Notes: generated by a model from the sequence alone, not told the origin. A stretch of DNA of 64,000 bases from an uncultured Candidatus Saccharibacteria bacterium (GCA_964514575.1 CAZETJ010000002.1:1391-65390); one strand, 5' to 3'. Positions 52,957-60,834 are shown, numbered from the stretch's first letter. Numbers and translations are program-made.

Positions 52957-52987
52957 GCGGGAGCGACGACAACTTCGTCGCTCCCGC
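52957..52987 (+). terminator. Perfect hairpin GCGGGAGCGACGA caact TCGTCGCTCCCGC
   Basis: 13-bp stem followed by CTCAACACTTTATAAAC. Confidence 0.75.
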
Positions 52988-53049
52988 CTCAACACTTTAT
53001 AAACGTAAGCACTTGCTTTAGCGATTTATCAGGATAATAATTCAGAAAA

Positions 53050-54411
53050 ATGAGGCAAACCCTGGCGAAGCTGTCGGTGGTGTTATTAATCCTGGGTTTT
53101 GCTCTTATTCCGACCGTCGTAAAGGCCACTTTCGCGGCTGCCGACCTAACTATCATAAGCTTCAAAATGACCGGCTCGGAGTCGATTGTGCTAGAGAATA
53201 CCAGCGGCGCCAGTCTTAATCTGCAGAACTATATACTTGAGTATTTCAACAAATCTTCCGGTATCAATTTCAACGTACCCACAGACAGCCAACAGTTGCC
53301 AAATTTTATACTGCAGCCACAACAATCCTTCTTGCTTAGCGGCGATACGGTAGCAACATGCGGGGCTACCGGAGAGTCTAATCTTTCAATAAGCCTAAGC
53401 GACACGAATGGCTACTTTGAGGTAATAAAGGTCGGCGGCAGTGGCCCGACCGTGACCTATACGCCGCAGGATCATGTGAGTTGGACTTCGTCCTCAGCTC
53501 CGACACCGCCGACTACAGACGGCATAGACCTCCATTCTGTCGGCTCGACATCAGGTAGCATAAATAGCGCGAACTCAATCTATTACAGACAGCTTTCCGA
53601 CGGCAGCTGGCAGAGAGCGGCTATAGACGCTACGCCCTGCAACCTTTTTGTGAGTATGATCGCCGGCGGCGGGACAACCTATGTGGATTGGGCGGAGGGT
53701 TCTGCTGCTCCAGCTATGATACTGGCTGCTAGCGCCGATACTGGCATACCAACCAGCGACTTAGGACTGGCCGCACCGCAGATTACAGAACTTTTGCCAA
53801 ACCCGGCCAGCCCACAGAGCGATGATGAGGATGAGTTTATCGAACTTTATAACTCAAACGCCGTAGCATTTGATCTCTCTGGTTTTAAATTGCAGGTTGG
53901 GTCGACCACTAAACATACCTATACGATCTCGGACGGTACAATAATTGAGCCTAAAGCATTTAAAGCCTTCTTCTCGGTAGATACCAATTTGGCGATGAGC
54001 AATACCAGTGGCCAAGCCGCACTGTTGGATCCTCTTGGCAATGTTATGAGTCAATCGGATCCTTACGGCAGCGCTAAAGACGGGCAGTCGTGGGCTTTGG
54101 CTAATGGCAAATGGTATTGGACTACCACCCCAACACCAAACGCCGCCAATCAAGTGAGCGGCGCGACAACTGCTAGTAGCTCGTCTAGCAAAACCAGCGG
54201 TACAACCAAAAGTGTTTCGACCCAAAGCTCTACTGGCGCCACTAATGCCGCCAATAATTCTTTACCTGCAACACCTCTGCACGCATGGACGCTTGCCGGG
54301 GTCGGTGGAGCCGCGCTACTATATGCTGGCTATGAGTACAGAACTGACTTGGCAAACAATATCTACCGGCTCCGGCGATACTACGAGGCTAGGCGAGCTC
54401 CTCGGAAGTAA
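53050..54411 (+). CDS. Secreted lamin-tail-domain (LTD) protein with a C-terminal TM anchor
   Basis: Signal peptide. ITELLPNPASPQSDDEDEFIELYN LTD motif. Ser/Thr-rich linker and WTLAGVGGAALLYAGY. Confidence 0.7.
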   Translation: MRQTLAKLSVVLLILGFALIPTVVKATFAAADLTIISFKMTGSESIVLENTSGASLNLQNYILEYFNKSSGINFNVPTDSQQLPNFILQPQQSFLLSGDTVATCGATGESNLSISLSDTNGYFEVIKVGGSGPTVTYTPQDHVSWTSSSAPTPPTTDGIDLHSVGSTSGSINSANSIYYRQLSDGSWQRAAIDATPCNLFVSMIAGGGTTYVDWAEGSAAPAMILAASADTGIPTSDLGLAAPQITELLPNPASPQSDDEDEFIELYNSNAVAFDLSGFKLQVGSTTKHTYTISDGTIIEPKAFKAFFSVDTNLAMSNTSGQAALLDPLGNVMSQSDPYGSAKDGQSWALANGKWYWTTTPTPNAANQVSGATTASSSSSKTSGTTKSVSTQSSTGATNAANNSLPATPLHAWTLAGVGGAALLYAGYEYRTDLANNIYRLRRYYEARRAPRK

Positions 54412-54829
54412 ATTAGCCGGCGGCGAAGTTATAGAACTGCGCTCCGATTTGGGAGGCGGCAAAACAACTTTCGTAAAAGGCCTGGCTAAAGGCGCCGGCA
54501 GTTACGACCAAGTCGCTAGCCCAACCTTCACGCTCAAGCGGATTTATAAAACTCCAAAACTTCAAATTTTTCACTACGATTTTTATCGGCTGAGCGAGCC
54601 GGGCATTTTACACGAAGAATTGGCTGAATCTATCAGCGACCCAAAGGCCGTGACCGTGATTGAGTGGTCCGATATCGTCAAAGATGTTCTGCCCACGGAT
54701 CACTTAGCAGTTGAATTTATACCGACGGCTAGTAATTCCGAAGAGCGCCAGATAACTATTAGCTACCCGGAAAATTGGCAAGGAATTATGCGCGAGATAG
54801 AAACACAGTGGCAGGAGAGTCAGCCATGA
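54332..54829 (+). CDS. tsaE: tRNA t6A biosynthesis ATPase TsaE
   Basis: LRSDLGGGKTTFVKGL ... VASPTFTL. The only in-frame ATG gives an 80-nt overlap with the LTD gene. Confidence 0.8.
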   Translation: MSTELTWQTISTGSGDTTRLGELLGSKLAGGEVIELRSDLGGGKTTFVKGLAKGAGSYDQVASPTFTLKRIYKTPKLQIFHYDFYRLSEPGILHEELAESISDPKAVTVIEWSDIVKDVLPTDHLAVEFIPTASNSEERQITISYPENWQGIMREIETQWQESQP

Positions 54830-55215
54830 AAATACTAACGATCAGAACAGACAAACCAAAGGCAGAGCTAGGGGTATATGACGGCCAAAAGAAATTAGCT
54901 TATATAAAGTGGCTGGCCGACCGGCAGCTGGCCGAAACCATTCATACTAAAATCTCAGAAATACTTAACAAGTCAAGTATTTTGCAAGATGACCTGCGGG
55001 GAATAGCTGTATTCAAAGGTCCGGGCAGTTTTACGGGTTTGCGGATCGGTTTATCCGTCGCCAATGCCCTGGCCTACTCGCTGAGCATCCCTATCGTTGC
55101 CGCTGACGGCAAGAATTGGGCTTCCCAGGCCATAAAAAAATTAGAAACAGGTAAGAACGATAAAATTGCTTTGCCTGAGTACGGCGCGCCGGCCAGAACC
55201 ACGCTCCAACGCTAA
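54826..55215 (+). CDS. tsaB: tRNA t6A biosynthesis protein TsaB (short form)
   Basis: ATGA overlap with tsaE. GPGSFTGLRIGLSVANALAYSL. Confidence 0.85.
   Translation: MKILTIRTDKPKAELGVYDGQKKLAYIKWLADRQLAETIHTKISEILNKSSILQDDLRGIAVFKGPGSFTGLRIGLSVANALAYSLSIPIVAADGKNWASQAIKKLETGKNDKIALPEYGAPARTTLQR
54959..54982. repeat. Motif family copy 7, AAATACTTAACAAGTCAAGTATTT (inside tsaB)
   Basis: Read directly. Encodes ILNKSSI. Confidence 0.8.
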
Positions 55216-55396
55216 ATAATTTGACCAACCAGCCAAACCGGACGTATAGTAGGTTTAGGATTTTTCTGGATTTTGGGGAAACATCCATCCGAACGATTAA
55301 CTTAAATACTGATACCTGCTGTTAAGAGTTGGCGCTAAAGAAGTGATAGTGATCGCAAAAACTAGATAACAGCTACGGTCCTAGTAGGAGGACGAT

Positions 55397-56851
55397 ATGG
55401 CAATACTGGATTTTTTCACCGGTAGGGCTGCCGCTGAGGCTAAAAAAGAACTGGCTCAGGCTAAAAAAGAAGCAGCTGAAACAGTTCGAAAAGCTGAAGA
55501 AGATGCAGCACGGCGCATTGAAGAAATGCGCAAGGACGAACAAAAGCGCCGAGGCGAGCTGAAGGATATTGAAGCCCGTTTGCTTGGTCGCGAGGAATCG
55601 CTCGACAAGAAACTAGACGAGCTGGATAAGCGCAGCGAGAACCTTCGCAAGTCCGAGGGCGAAGTCGAGGATCTAAAAAACGAAATTCGCGACATTCGCG
55701 GAAAACAGCAGGAGAAGCTGGAAAAGATCGCTAAGCTGTCTAAGACCGACGCGACTGACAAGCTCATGCAAATGACTGAGCGTGACATTAAGAACGACTT
55801 ACTCGGTCTGGTCAATAAACTACAGAACGAAGCTCGCGAAAATGCCGAGGAACTTTCGGCCACGATTTTGGCTACGACTATGGAACGCATGGCTTCCGAA
55901 GTTACATCGGAGCGTACCGTCACGGCCGTTAAGCTGGAAGACGAAGAAATGAAAGGCCGGATCATTGGCAAGGAAGGCCGCAACATCCAGGCCTTGCAAA
56001 GAGCTACTGGCGTCGACATCTTGGTGGATGAAACCCCAGGAATGATTGTGCTGTCTAGCTTTGATCCTGTCCGCCGCGAGATTGCTCGCCAGGCCATGGA
56101 GATGCTACTAAAAGACGGTCGGGTTCACCCAGGCCGGATTGAGGAAGTTGTCGAGAAGGCGCAGAAACAAGTTCAAAAAGACGTCATCCGAGCCGGCGAA
56201 GATGCCGCACGTGAAGTCGGACTGGTGGGAATACCACCAGAAATTCTGCAATTGATGGGCGAGTTAAAGTACCGTACCAGCTATGGGCAGAACGTTCTTA
56301 AGCACTCAGTCGAGATGGCTCAATTGGCTGGAGTACTAGCCGAAGAACTTGGCGCCAATGTCAAAACTGCCAAATATGCTGCCTTTACTCACGACATGGG
56401 CAAGGCTCTATCGCACAAAGTCGAGGGTAAGCACCACCACATCACTGGCGAGATGCTGCGCAAATACGGCGCCCCGGAAGAAGTTGCTGAGGCAGCCGAA
56501 CAGCACCACGACGATATGGAATCAACAAGTATCGAGGGCCTAGTAGTTCGTGTTGTAGACGCCATCAGCGGCGCCCGGCCAGGCGCCCGCAACGTCAGCG
56601 CCGAGAACTTTGCCGAGAGAATGAAAGACTTGGAAAATACCGCGCTTGGATTCGACGGCATCGAAAAGGCCTATGCAATTAGTGCTGGCCGTGAAGTTCG
56701 AGTTTTTGTGCAGCCGAAATCCATCGACGATTTACAGGCTATCAAACTGGCTCGAGACATTGCCAATAAGATTGAATCGACAATGCAGTACCCAGGGACC
56801 ATTAAGGTCAACGTTATCCGCGAGACTCGTGCTATCGAATTCGCTAAATAG
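55397..56851 (+). CDS. rny: Ribonuclease Y
   Basis: AGGAGG SD. Coiled coil, KH domain (GRIIGKEGRNIQ) and HD domain (HDMGKA). Confidence 0.95.
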   Translation: MAILDFFTGRAAAEAKKELAQAKKEAAETVRKAEEDAARRIEEMRKDEQKRRGELKDIEARLLGREESLDKKLDELDKRSENLRKSEGEVEDLKNEIRDIRGKQQEKLEKIAKLSKTDATDKLMQMTERDIKNDLLGLVNKLQNEARENAEELSATILATTMERMASEVTSERTVTAVKLEDEEMKGRIIGKEGRNIQALQRATGVDILVDETPGMIVLSSFDPVRREIARQAMEMLLKDGRVHPGRIEEVVEKAQKQVQKDVIRAGEDAAREVGLVGIPPEILQLMGELKYRTSYGQNVLKHSVEMAQLAGVLAEELGANVKTAKYAAFTHDMGKALSHKVEGKHHHITGEMLRKYGAPEEVAEAAEQHHDDMESTSIEGLVVRVVDAISGARPGARNVSAENFAERMKDLENTALGFDGIEKAYAISAGREVRVFVQPKSIDDLQAIKLARDIANKIESTMQYPGTIKVNVIRETRAIEFAK

Positions 56852-56881
56852 TTCGCTCGCGTTCGTAGTACACTGGACTAA

Positions 56882-57298
56882 ATGATCAAGGTTGTCCTAT
56901 TTGATTATGGTGGAGTGTTGTCGCGGCTGTTGGTGCCGCAATACAAAGTCCGGCGGCTGGCCAAAGCCCTGCACAACCAGGGCATCAGCGTGGCGGTTCT
57001 GTCCAACATGAACTCACTTGGCGGCTGGGGTATCCGAATGCTGGGTCTGTACCACGGATTCGCGCCAGTGATTCTGTCCTATCAGGAGGGCGTCCGCAAG
57101 CCCGACCCGCGCATCTACCAAATAGCGATTAAAAAACTTGGGGTTAAGCCCAACGAAATTCTGTTCGTAGATAATTTGGTCGAAAATGTAAGGGCGGCGC
57201 GGGCAGGAGGGATACAAACGCTGCACGCTGATGGCACCAAAAGACTAATCTCTCGGCTCAAGACAATCTTAGCTAAAGAAAACAACCTAGTGCTATAA
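56882..57298 (+). CDS. HAD-superfamily hydrolase (short)
   Basis: VVLFDYGGVL ... KPDPRIYQ ... LFVDN. Confidence 0.7.
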   Translation: MIKVVLFDYGGVLSRLLVPQYKVRRLAKALHNQGISVAVLSNMNSLGGWGIRMLGLYHGFAPVILSYQEGVRKPDPRIYQIAIKKLGVKPNEILFVDNLVENVRAARAGGIQTLHADGTKRLISRLKTILAKENNLVL

Positions 57299-57316
57299 TT
57301 ACCCCTGTTCTGGCAA

Positions 57317-57392
57317 CGGGGTGTGGCGCAGTTGGTAGCGCGCAGCGTTCGGGACGCTGAGGCCGCCGGTTCAAGTCCGGCCACCCCGACCA
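57317..57392 (+). tRNA. tRNA-Pro (CGG)
   Basis: CGGGGTG acceptor stem, loop UUCGGGA, CCA encoded. No structured leader; a TATAAT box lies at 57293-98. Confidence 0.9.
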
Positions 57393-58189
57393 CTTTTGGC
57401 TTGGTGATAGAGCACAGTCGTGAAGATGCTATTTATAAGTTTGAAGATTACCAAGCCCGAGGTGGCTAACTCTAAGCTGACTAACCAGCCGACGTTTTCG
57501 GCAGTACGTCCATGAAAAATACCGTGCTGAATTAGTTTCGGCAAAGCGACTACCAAAAAGACCGCCACGTACATCCAGATTTTCAAAACTAAGCCCTCGC
57601 GCCAGGTCTTGCTGAATGTATTAATCGTGCCGCGAATTGTTGCGCCGACGCCTTTATGCTCGGTTAAAACTTCTGGAGCCACTTGGGCCATGTGCAAGGT
57701 TAGCGAATTTCCCATAACGCCAACGAAACCTTTTGGCAGTTTACGGCGTTGGGCGTAAACTGCCATCGGAAAAAAGAAGACTGCCGCCACTGCGAATTTG
57801 GTAATTCTAAAAAAATGACTCAAGACTTGGCGTAGAGCGTAGAACGGCGGGACTGGCTGTCTCTCTAGCCTGGCTAGAACTCCGGCAGAAATCGCGCAAC
57901 TGAAATAGGCGGTGACTAAAGCGGCATAAAAAAATGAAAATCCGACCAGCCCTAGGATTATCCGGGTGTGGTGTGGTGCTAGATCACCAGCCCCTGTGAA
58001 AATGCGATTATACCAATGAGCGAAGATCGAAGCGCCGACTATCGGGTAGGTTAACGATATAAAAAGACCGGCACTGTAAATATAGGCAATGATCTGTGGG
58101 TAGCGGGCAGTGACTTTAAGACCATCTTTGACGACGGCTGCCGCACCGCGAGTAGCGGTCTTGGTACCATGAAAGAATTCTGCCGGCAT
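57371..58189 (-). CDS. Hypothetical polytopic membrane protein, 272 aa
   Basis: Six or more TM segments. The last 22 nt overlap tRNA-Pro on the opposite strand. Confidence 0.6.
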   Translation of the reverse strand: MPAEFFHGTKTATRGAAAVVKDGLKVTARYPQIIAYIYSAGLFISLTYPIVGASIFAHWYNRIFTGAGDLAPHHTRIILGLVGFSFFYAALVTAYFSCAISAGVLARLERQPVPPFYALRQVLSHFFRITKFAVAAVFFFPMAVYAQRRKLPKGFVGVMGNSLTLHMAQVAPEVLTEHKGVGATIRGTINTFSKTWREGLVLKIWMYVAVFLVVALPKLIQHGIFHGRTAENVGWLVSLELATSGLVIFKLINSIFTTVLYHQAKSGRGGRT

Positions 58190-58340
58190 GACTAGAGTTT
58201 ATACTACCTCAGCGGTTAAAAGGTAAACTTTTGATATATAGCTTTGCGCCGAGAAAACTATTTTTCTACAATGACTGTACTTTCTCGGGCTCTGCATATA
58301 ATTCTCACTTATCGCTCGAATTATAATTACCTCCTAAATA

Positions 58341-58456
58341 AAACCAATTTTGCAAGCTAGGCACCGATGCTTGTAAAATTGAGAGGAGTAACTTAGCACT
58401 AAGCCGAAGCTTTTGATTCACTAACCAAAACGAGGCAAATGCGCAAGTTATGACGA
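58341..58456 (+). ncRNA. Structured tRNA 5' leader, copy B
   Basis: P0 58348-57/58369-78; GAGAGGAG 58381-88; P1 TAACTT 58389-94 / AAGTTA 58445-50; TAAGCCGAAGC 58400-10; P2 58411-30; GACGA 58452-56. Confidence 0.65.
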
Positions 58457-58533
58457 CGGGGTGTGGCGCAGTTGGCTAGCGCGCCGCGTTTGGGACGCGG
58501 AGGCCGGAGGTTCGAGTCCTCTCACCCCGACCA
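58457..58533 (+). tRNA. tRNA-Pro (UGG)
   Basis: Cloverleaf folded by hand. Loop UUUGGGA. CCA encoded. Confidence 0.9.
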
Positions 58534-58546
58534 GAACTAAGCTACA

Positions 58547-59194
58547 ATGTTTATAATGCTTGCGTTATTTGCTTGTTTGGTGGGGGTGCTGTCAATCCTA
58601 TTGGTGGCCGAAGCGCTCTGGCGCGGCGGCCACTTGAGGTATGAAGACCATCGAAAATTTGTGCACATTGGTGTCGGCATTTTTGTAGCATTTTGGCCAT
58701 GGATCATCGGCTGGCATTGGATTGAGCTGCTAGGCCTGGCGATGGCCTTTGTAGTTTTGGTCGATCGACAGATTCGAGTTTTTCACTTTTCAGTCAGACT
58801 CAATCGCCAGACATATGGTGATATTTTGTTCGCACTAGCTATTACAGCTTGCGCCCTGCTAGCTAACAACAAGATAATTTTCGCGCTCGCTATATTAAAT
58901 CTATCCGTAGCCGACGGTGTGGCCGCCATTATTGGCAATCATTTTGGCCGGCACTTTCGGTACAAAGTTTTTGGCCAAACCAAATCGGTGATCGGCAGTA
59001 TGGCTTTTTGGCTTGGCTCTATGTTGATACTGGGCATCGGACTACTTTTCTTCCAAGTTAATCCGCACCACTACCTGTGGATGCTGTTATTCTTACCGCC
59101 AACTCTAACCTGGCTAGAGAACTTCGCGGTTTACGGAACGGACAACCTGGCTGTCTCGCTGGCTGTAGTTGCCACCCTCCGACTCATAAATTAG
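58547..59194 (+). CDS. Polyprenol/dolichol/phytol kinase-like membrane protein (CTP-transferase 1 superfamily)
   Basis: SVADGVAAIIGNHFGRH...GQTKSVIGSMAFW. The ATG lies 13 nt after the tRNA CCA. Confidence 0.55.
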   Translation: MFIMLALFACLVGVLSILLVAEALWRGGHLRYEDHRKFVHIGVGIFVAFWPWIIGWHWIELLGLAMAFVVLVDRQIRVFHFSVRLNRQTYGDILFALAITACALLANNKIIFALAILNLSVADGVAAIIGNHFGRHFRYKVFGQTKSVIGSMAFWLGSMLILGIGLLFFQVNPHHYLWMLLFLPPTLTWLENFAVYGTDNLAVSLAVVATLRLIN

Positions 59195-59723
59195 ATGAAC
59201 CAATAAGGACGCCGGCGAGAAAAACTAGCCCTCCGCCGACAATGACCTGCAACGCGGAGATCCAGGCTTTCATTTCAAAGAAGCGGTAGCGAATGTAGGC
59301 AATGACTAGGAGTTCTATGCCCACGACCAAGTAGGCTAGGGTTAGGGCGGTGTGAATGTTGCCGCTCAAGAAGGGCAGGGTATGAAATATGCCACCCAGA
59401 AAAGTCATGGCGCCGATTATCATGCCGCGGCGTACAGGCCGTCCGCGACCGGTAAGTTCGCCAGTGTCGCTTAAGCCTTCGGCAAAAGCCATTGAGATTC
59501 CAGCACCGACGGCAGCCGACAGGCCGATGACAAAAGCAAAGTGCGGTTTATGGGATGCGAAAGCAGCGGCAAAGATTGGCGCCAAAGTTGAGATCGAGCC
59601 GTCAATCAAACCAGCCAGACCCGGTTGAACAGTTTGCAGAACGAAGCGATTGTATTCTGCTTCAGTCCGCGGTGTTTTACCGCCAAGCTTAATCGGCCAA
59701 GAAAATGGGTTAATATCTGTCAT
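59184..59723 (-). CDS. VIT-family membrane protein (no N-terminal cytosolic domain)
   Basis: GLIDGSISTLAPIF ... GISMAFAEGLSD ... Start trimmed to MTDINPF, 9 nt after the tRNA-His CCA. Confidence 0.7.
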   Translation of the reverse strand: MTDINPFSWPIKLGGKTPRTEAEYNRFVLQTVQPGLAGLIDGSISTLAPIFAAAFASHKPHFAFVIGLSAAVGAGISMAFAEGLSDTGELTGRGRPVRRGMIIGAMTFLGGIFHTLPFLSGNIHTALTLAYLVVGIELLVIAYIRYRFFEMKAWISALQVIVGGGLVFLAGVLIGSSNL

Positions 59724-59732
59724 AAAAATTGC

Positions 59733-59810
59733 TGGGGCGAACGATGGGTCTTGAACCCACGACCTCCGGGACCACAACCCGGCGCTCTAACCAACTGAGC
59801 TACGTTCGCC
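59733..59810 (-). tRNA. tRNA-His (GUG) with an encoded G-1
   Basis: Cloverleaf folded by hand. Loop UUGUGGU. An extra 5' G opposite C73. CCA encoded. Confidence 0.9.
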
Positions 59811-59925
59811 TCGTCGGAACTTGCGGTTTTGTCTCGTTTTGCCAAATTGGCAAAAGCTTCGACCTGAACCTATGTTCCTCCTCTCAATTTTACAAGCAGC
59901 AATGCTTGGCTTGCAAAATTGGTTT
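59811..59925 (-). ncRNA. Structured tRNA 5' leader, copy C
   Basis: GAGAGGAG within 59878-88; P1 GGAAC (59878-74) / GTTCC (59820-16); P2 palindrome 59837-55; GACGA 59815-11. Confidence 0.65.
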
Positions 59926-59964
59926 AGACCAAAGACGCCGTAATTGTATCACCAACAGAGGTGA

Positions 59965-60207
59965 TTACCTAGCTATTCTTAATTTCTTTATTACTCTAGC
60001 GAGACCCGAGAGCCCAATCTCAGGCGGTACGTCGGTTTCCTCAACACGTTCACCAAATCTGTCATATCTTTTTATAGCCGGAACAACTTCTTCAGCAACT
60101 CGGCCATTACTGTAAACTAGCATCCCATCGATGTGGGCGGGCGCAAAACTCTCGGCACGCGGTAGAAGTGTGCCCTCGAGTCTAAGTTGTTCTCCAACTC
60201 CAGCCAT
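59965..60207 (-). CDS. Hypothetical protein, 80 aa
   Basis: ORF only, no SD. Lies 52 nt downstream of tRNA-Arg. Confidence 0.35.
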   Translation of the reverse strand: MAGVGEQLRLEGTLLPRAESFAPAHIDGMLVYSNGRVAEEVVPAIKRYDRFGERVEETDVPPEIGLSGLARVIKKLRIAR

Positions 60208-60259
60208 TTAAGTTAATGATAACTATAATCTGTTTATATAAAAAGTGCGGAATTAACAA

Positions 60260-60336
60260 TGGTACCCCGGGCAGGACTTGAACCTGCGACCTTGAGCTTA
60301 GAAGTCTCCTGCTCTATCCAACTGAGCTACCGGGGC
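60260..60336 (-). tRNA. tRNA-Arg (UCU)
   Basis: Loop CUUCUAA. Has a G1:U72 wobble and a weak anticodon stem (G27:A43, A31:G39). Confidence 0.8.
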
Positions 60337-60337
60337 T

Positions 60338-60412
60338 TGGTGCGGGTGGAGGGAATCGAACCCTCATCCTGAGTTTGGAAAACTCATATACTAGCCGCTG
60401 TACGACACCCGC
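60338..60412 (-). tRNA. tRNA-Gly (UCC)
   Basis: Loop UUUCCAA. CCA encoded. Lies 1 nt from tRNA-Arg. Confidence 0.88.
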
Positions 60413-60460
60413 TCGTCAAAGCACGGCTTAAGCCTATACCGCTCCTCTTAATTCTACAAG
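60413..60460 (-). ncRNA. Minimal tRNA 5' leader, copy D
   Basis: TTGTAGAATTAAGAGGAGCGGTATAGGCTTAAGCCGTGCTTTGACGA followed directly by the tRNA. Confidence 0.5.
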
Positions 60461-60495
60461 GTAGAGAGTACACTGAGAATAGAAAGGGGAGAATT

Positions 60496-60834
60496 ATGGA
60501 TAAAGATTTTTTGGTGGTTACAACCACCACAAACGACATACCAGGCTACAAAATAACCAAAGTCTACGGCGAGGTTTTTGGCCTGATAGTCAGGAGCCGC
60601 AACCTATTTAGTAATATCGGAGCGGGCTTCCGCACGGTTTTTGGAGGAGAAGTTCGTGGCTACACCAAGCTTTTGAGTGACAGCCGCGAGCAGGCCATTG
60701 AGCGAATGTGCGAAGAGGCTAAGTCGAGAGGCGCCAACGCTGTTGTCGCTATGAACTTCGATTCTGGCGGCATGGGCAATATCATGAACGAGGTCGCCGC
60801 TTACGGCACGGCCGTCAAAGTCGAAAAAATCTAA
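60496..60834 (+). CDS. YbjQ/UPF0145 family protein
   Basis: GGGGAG SD. GYKITKVYGEVFG...GGEVRGYTKLL...ANAVVAM. Confidence 0.88.
   Translation: MDKDFLVVTTTTNDIPGYKITKVYGEVFGLIVRSRNLFSNIGAGFRTVFGGEVRGYTKLLSDSREQAIERMCEEAKSRGANAVVAMNFDSGGMGNIMNEVAAYGTAVKVEKI

Noticed and set aside
55456-56097. 213-aa Ser-rich ORF antisense to rny
   Set aside because: It mirrors the Glu/Lys-rich coiled-coil codons of RNase Y. It has no SD or promoter.
58348-58378. Reading P0 of the leaders purely as a TTGCAA-N17-TAAAAT promoter
   Set aside because: This works for copies B and C only. Copy A has a spacer of more than 20 nt. Copy E replaces the outer pairs with compensating C:G pairs and has no -10 box there. A dual role in B and C remains possible.
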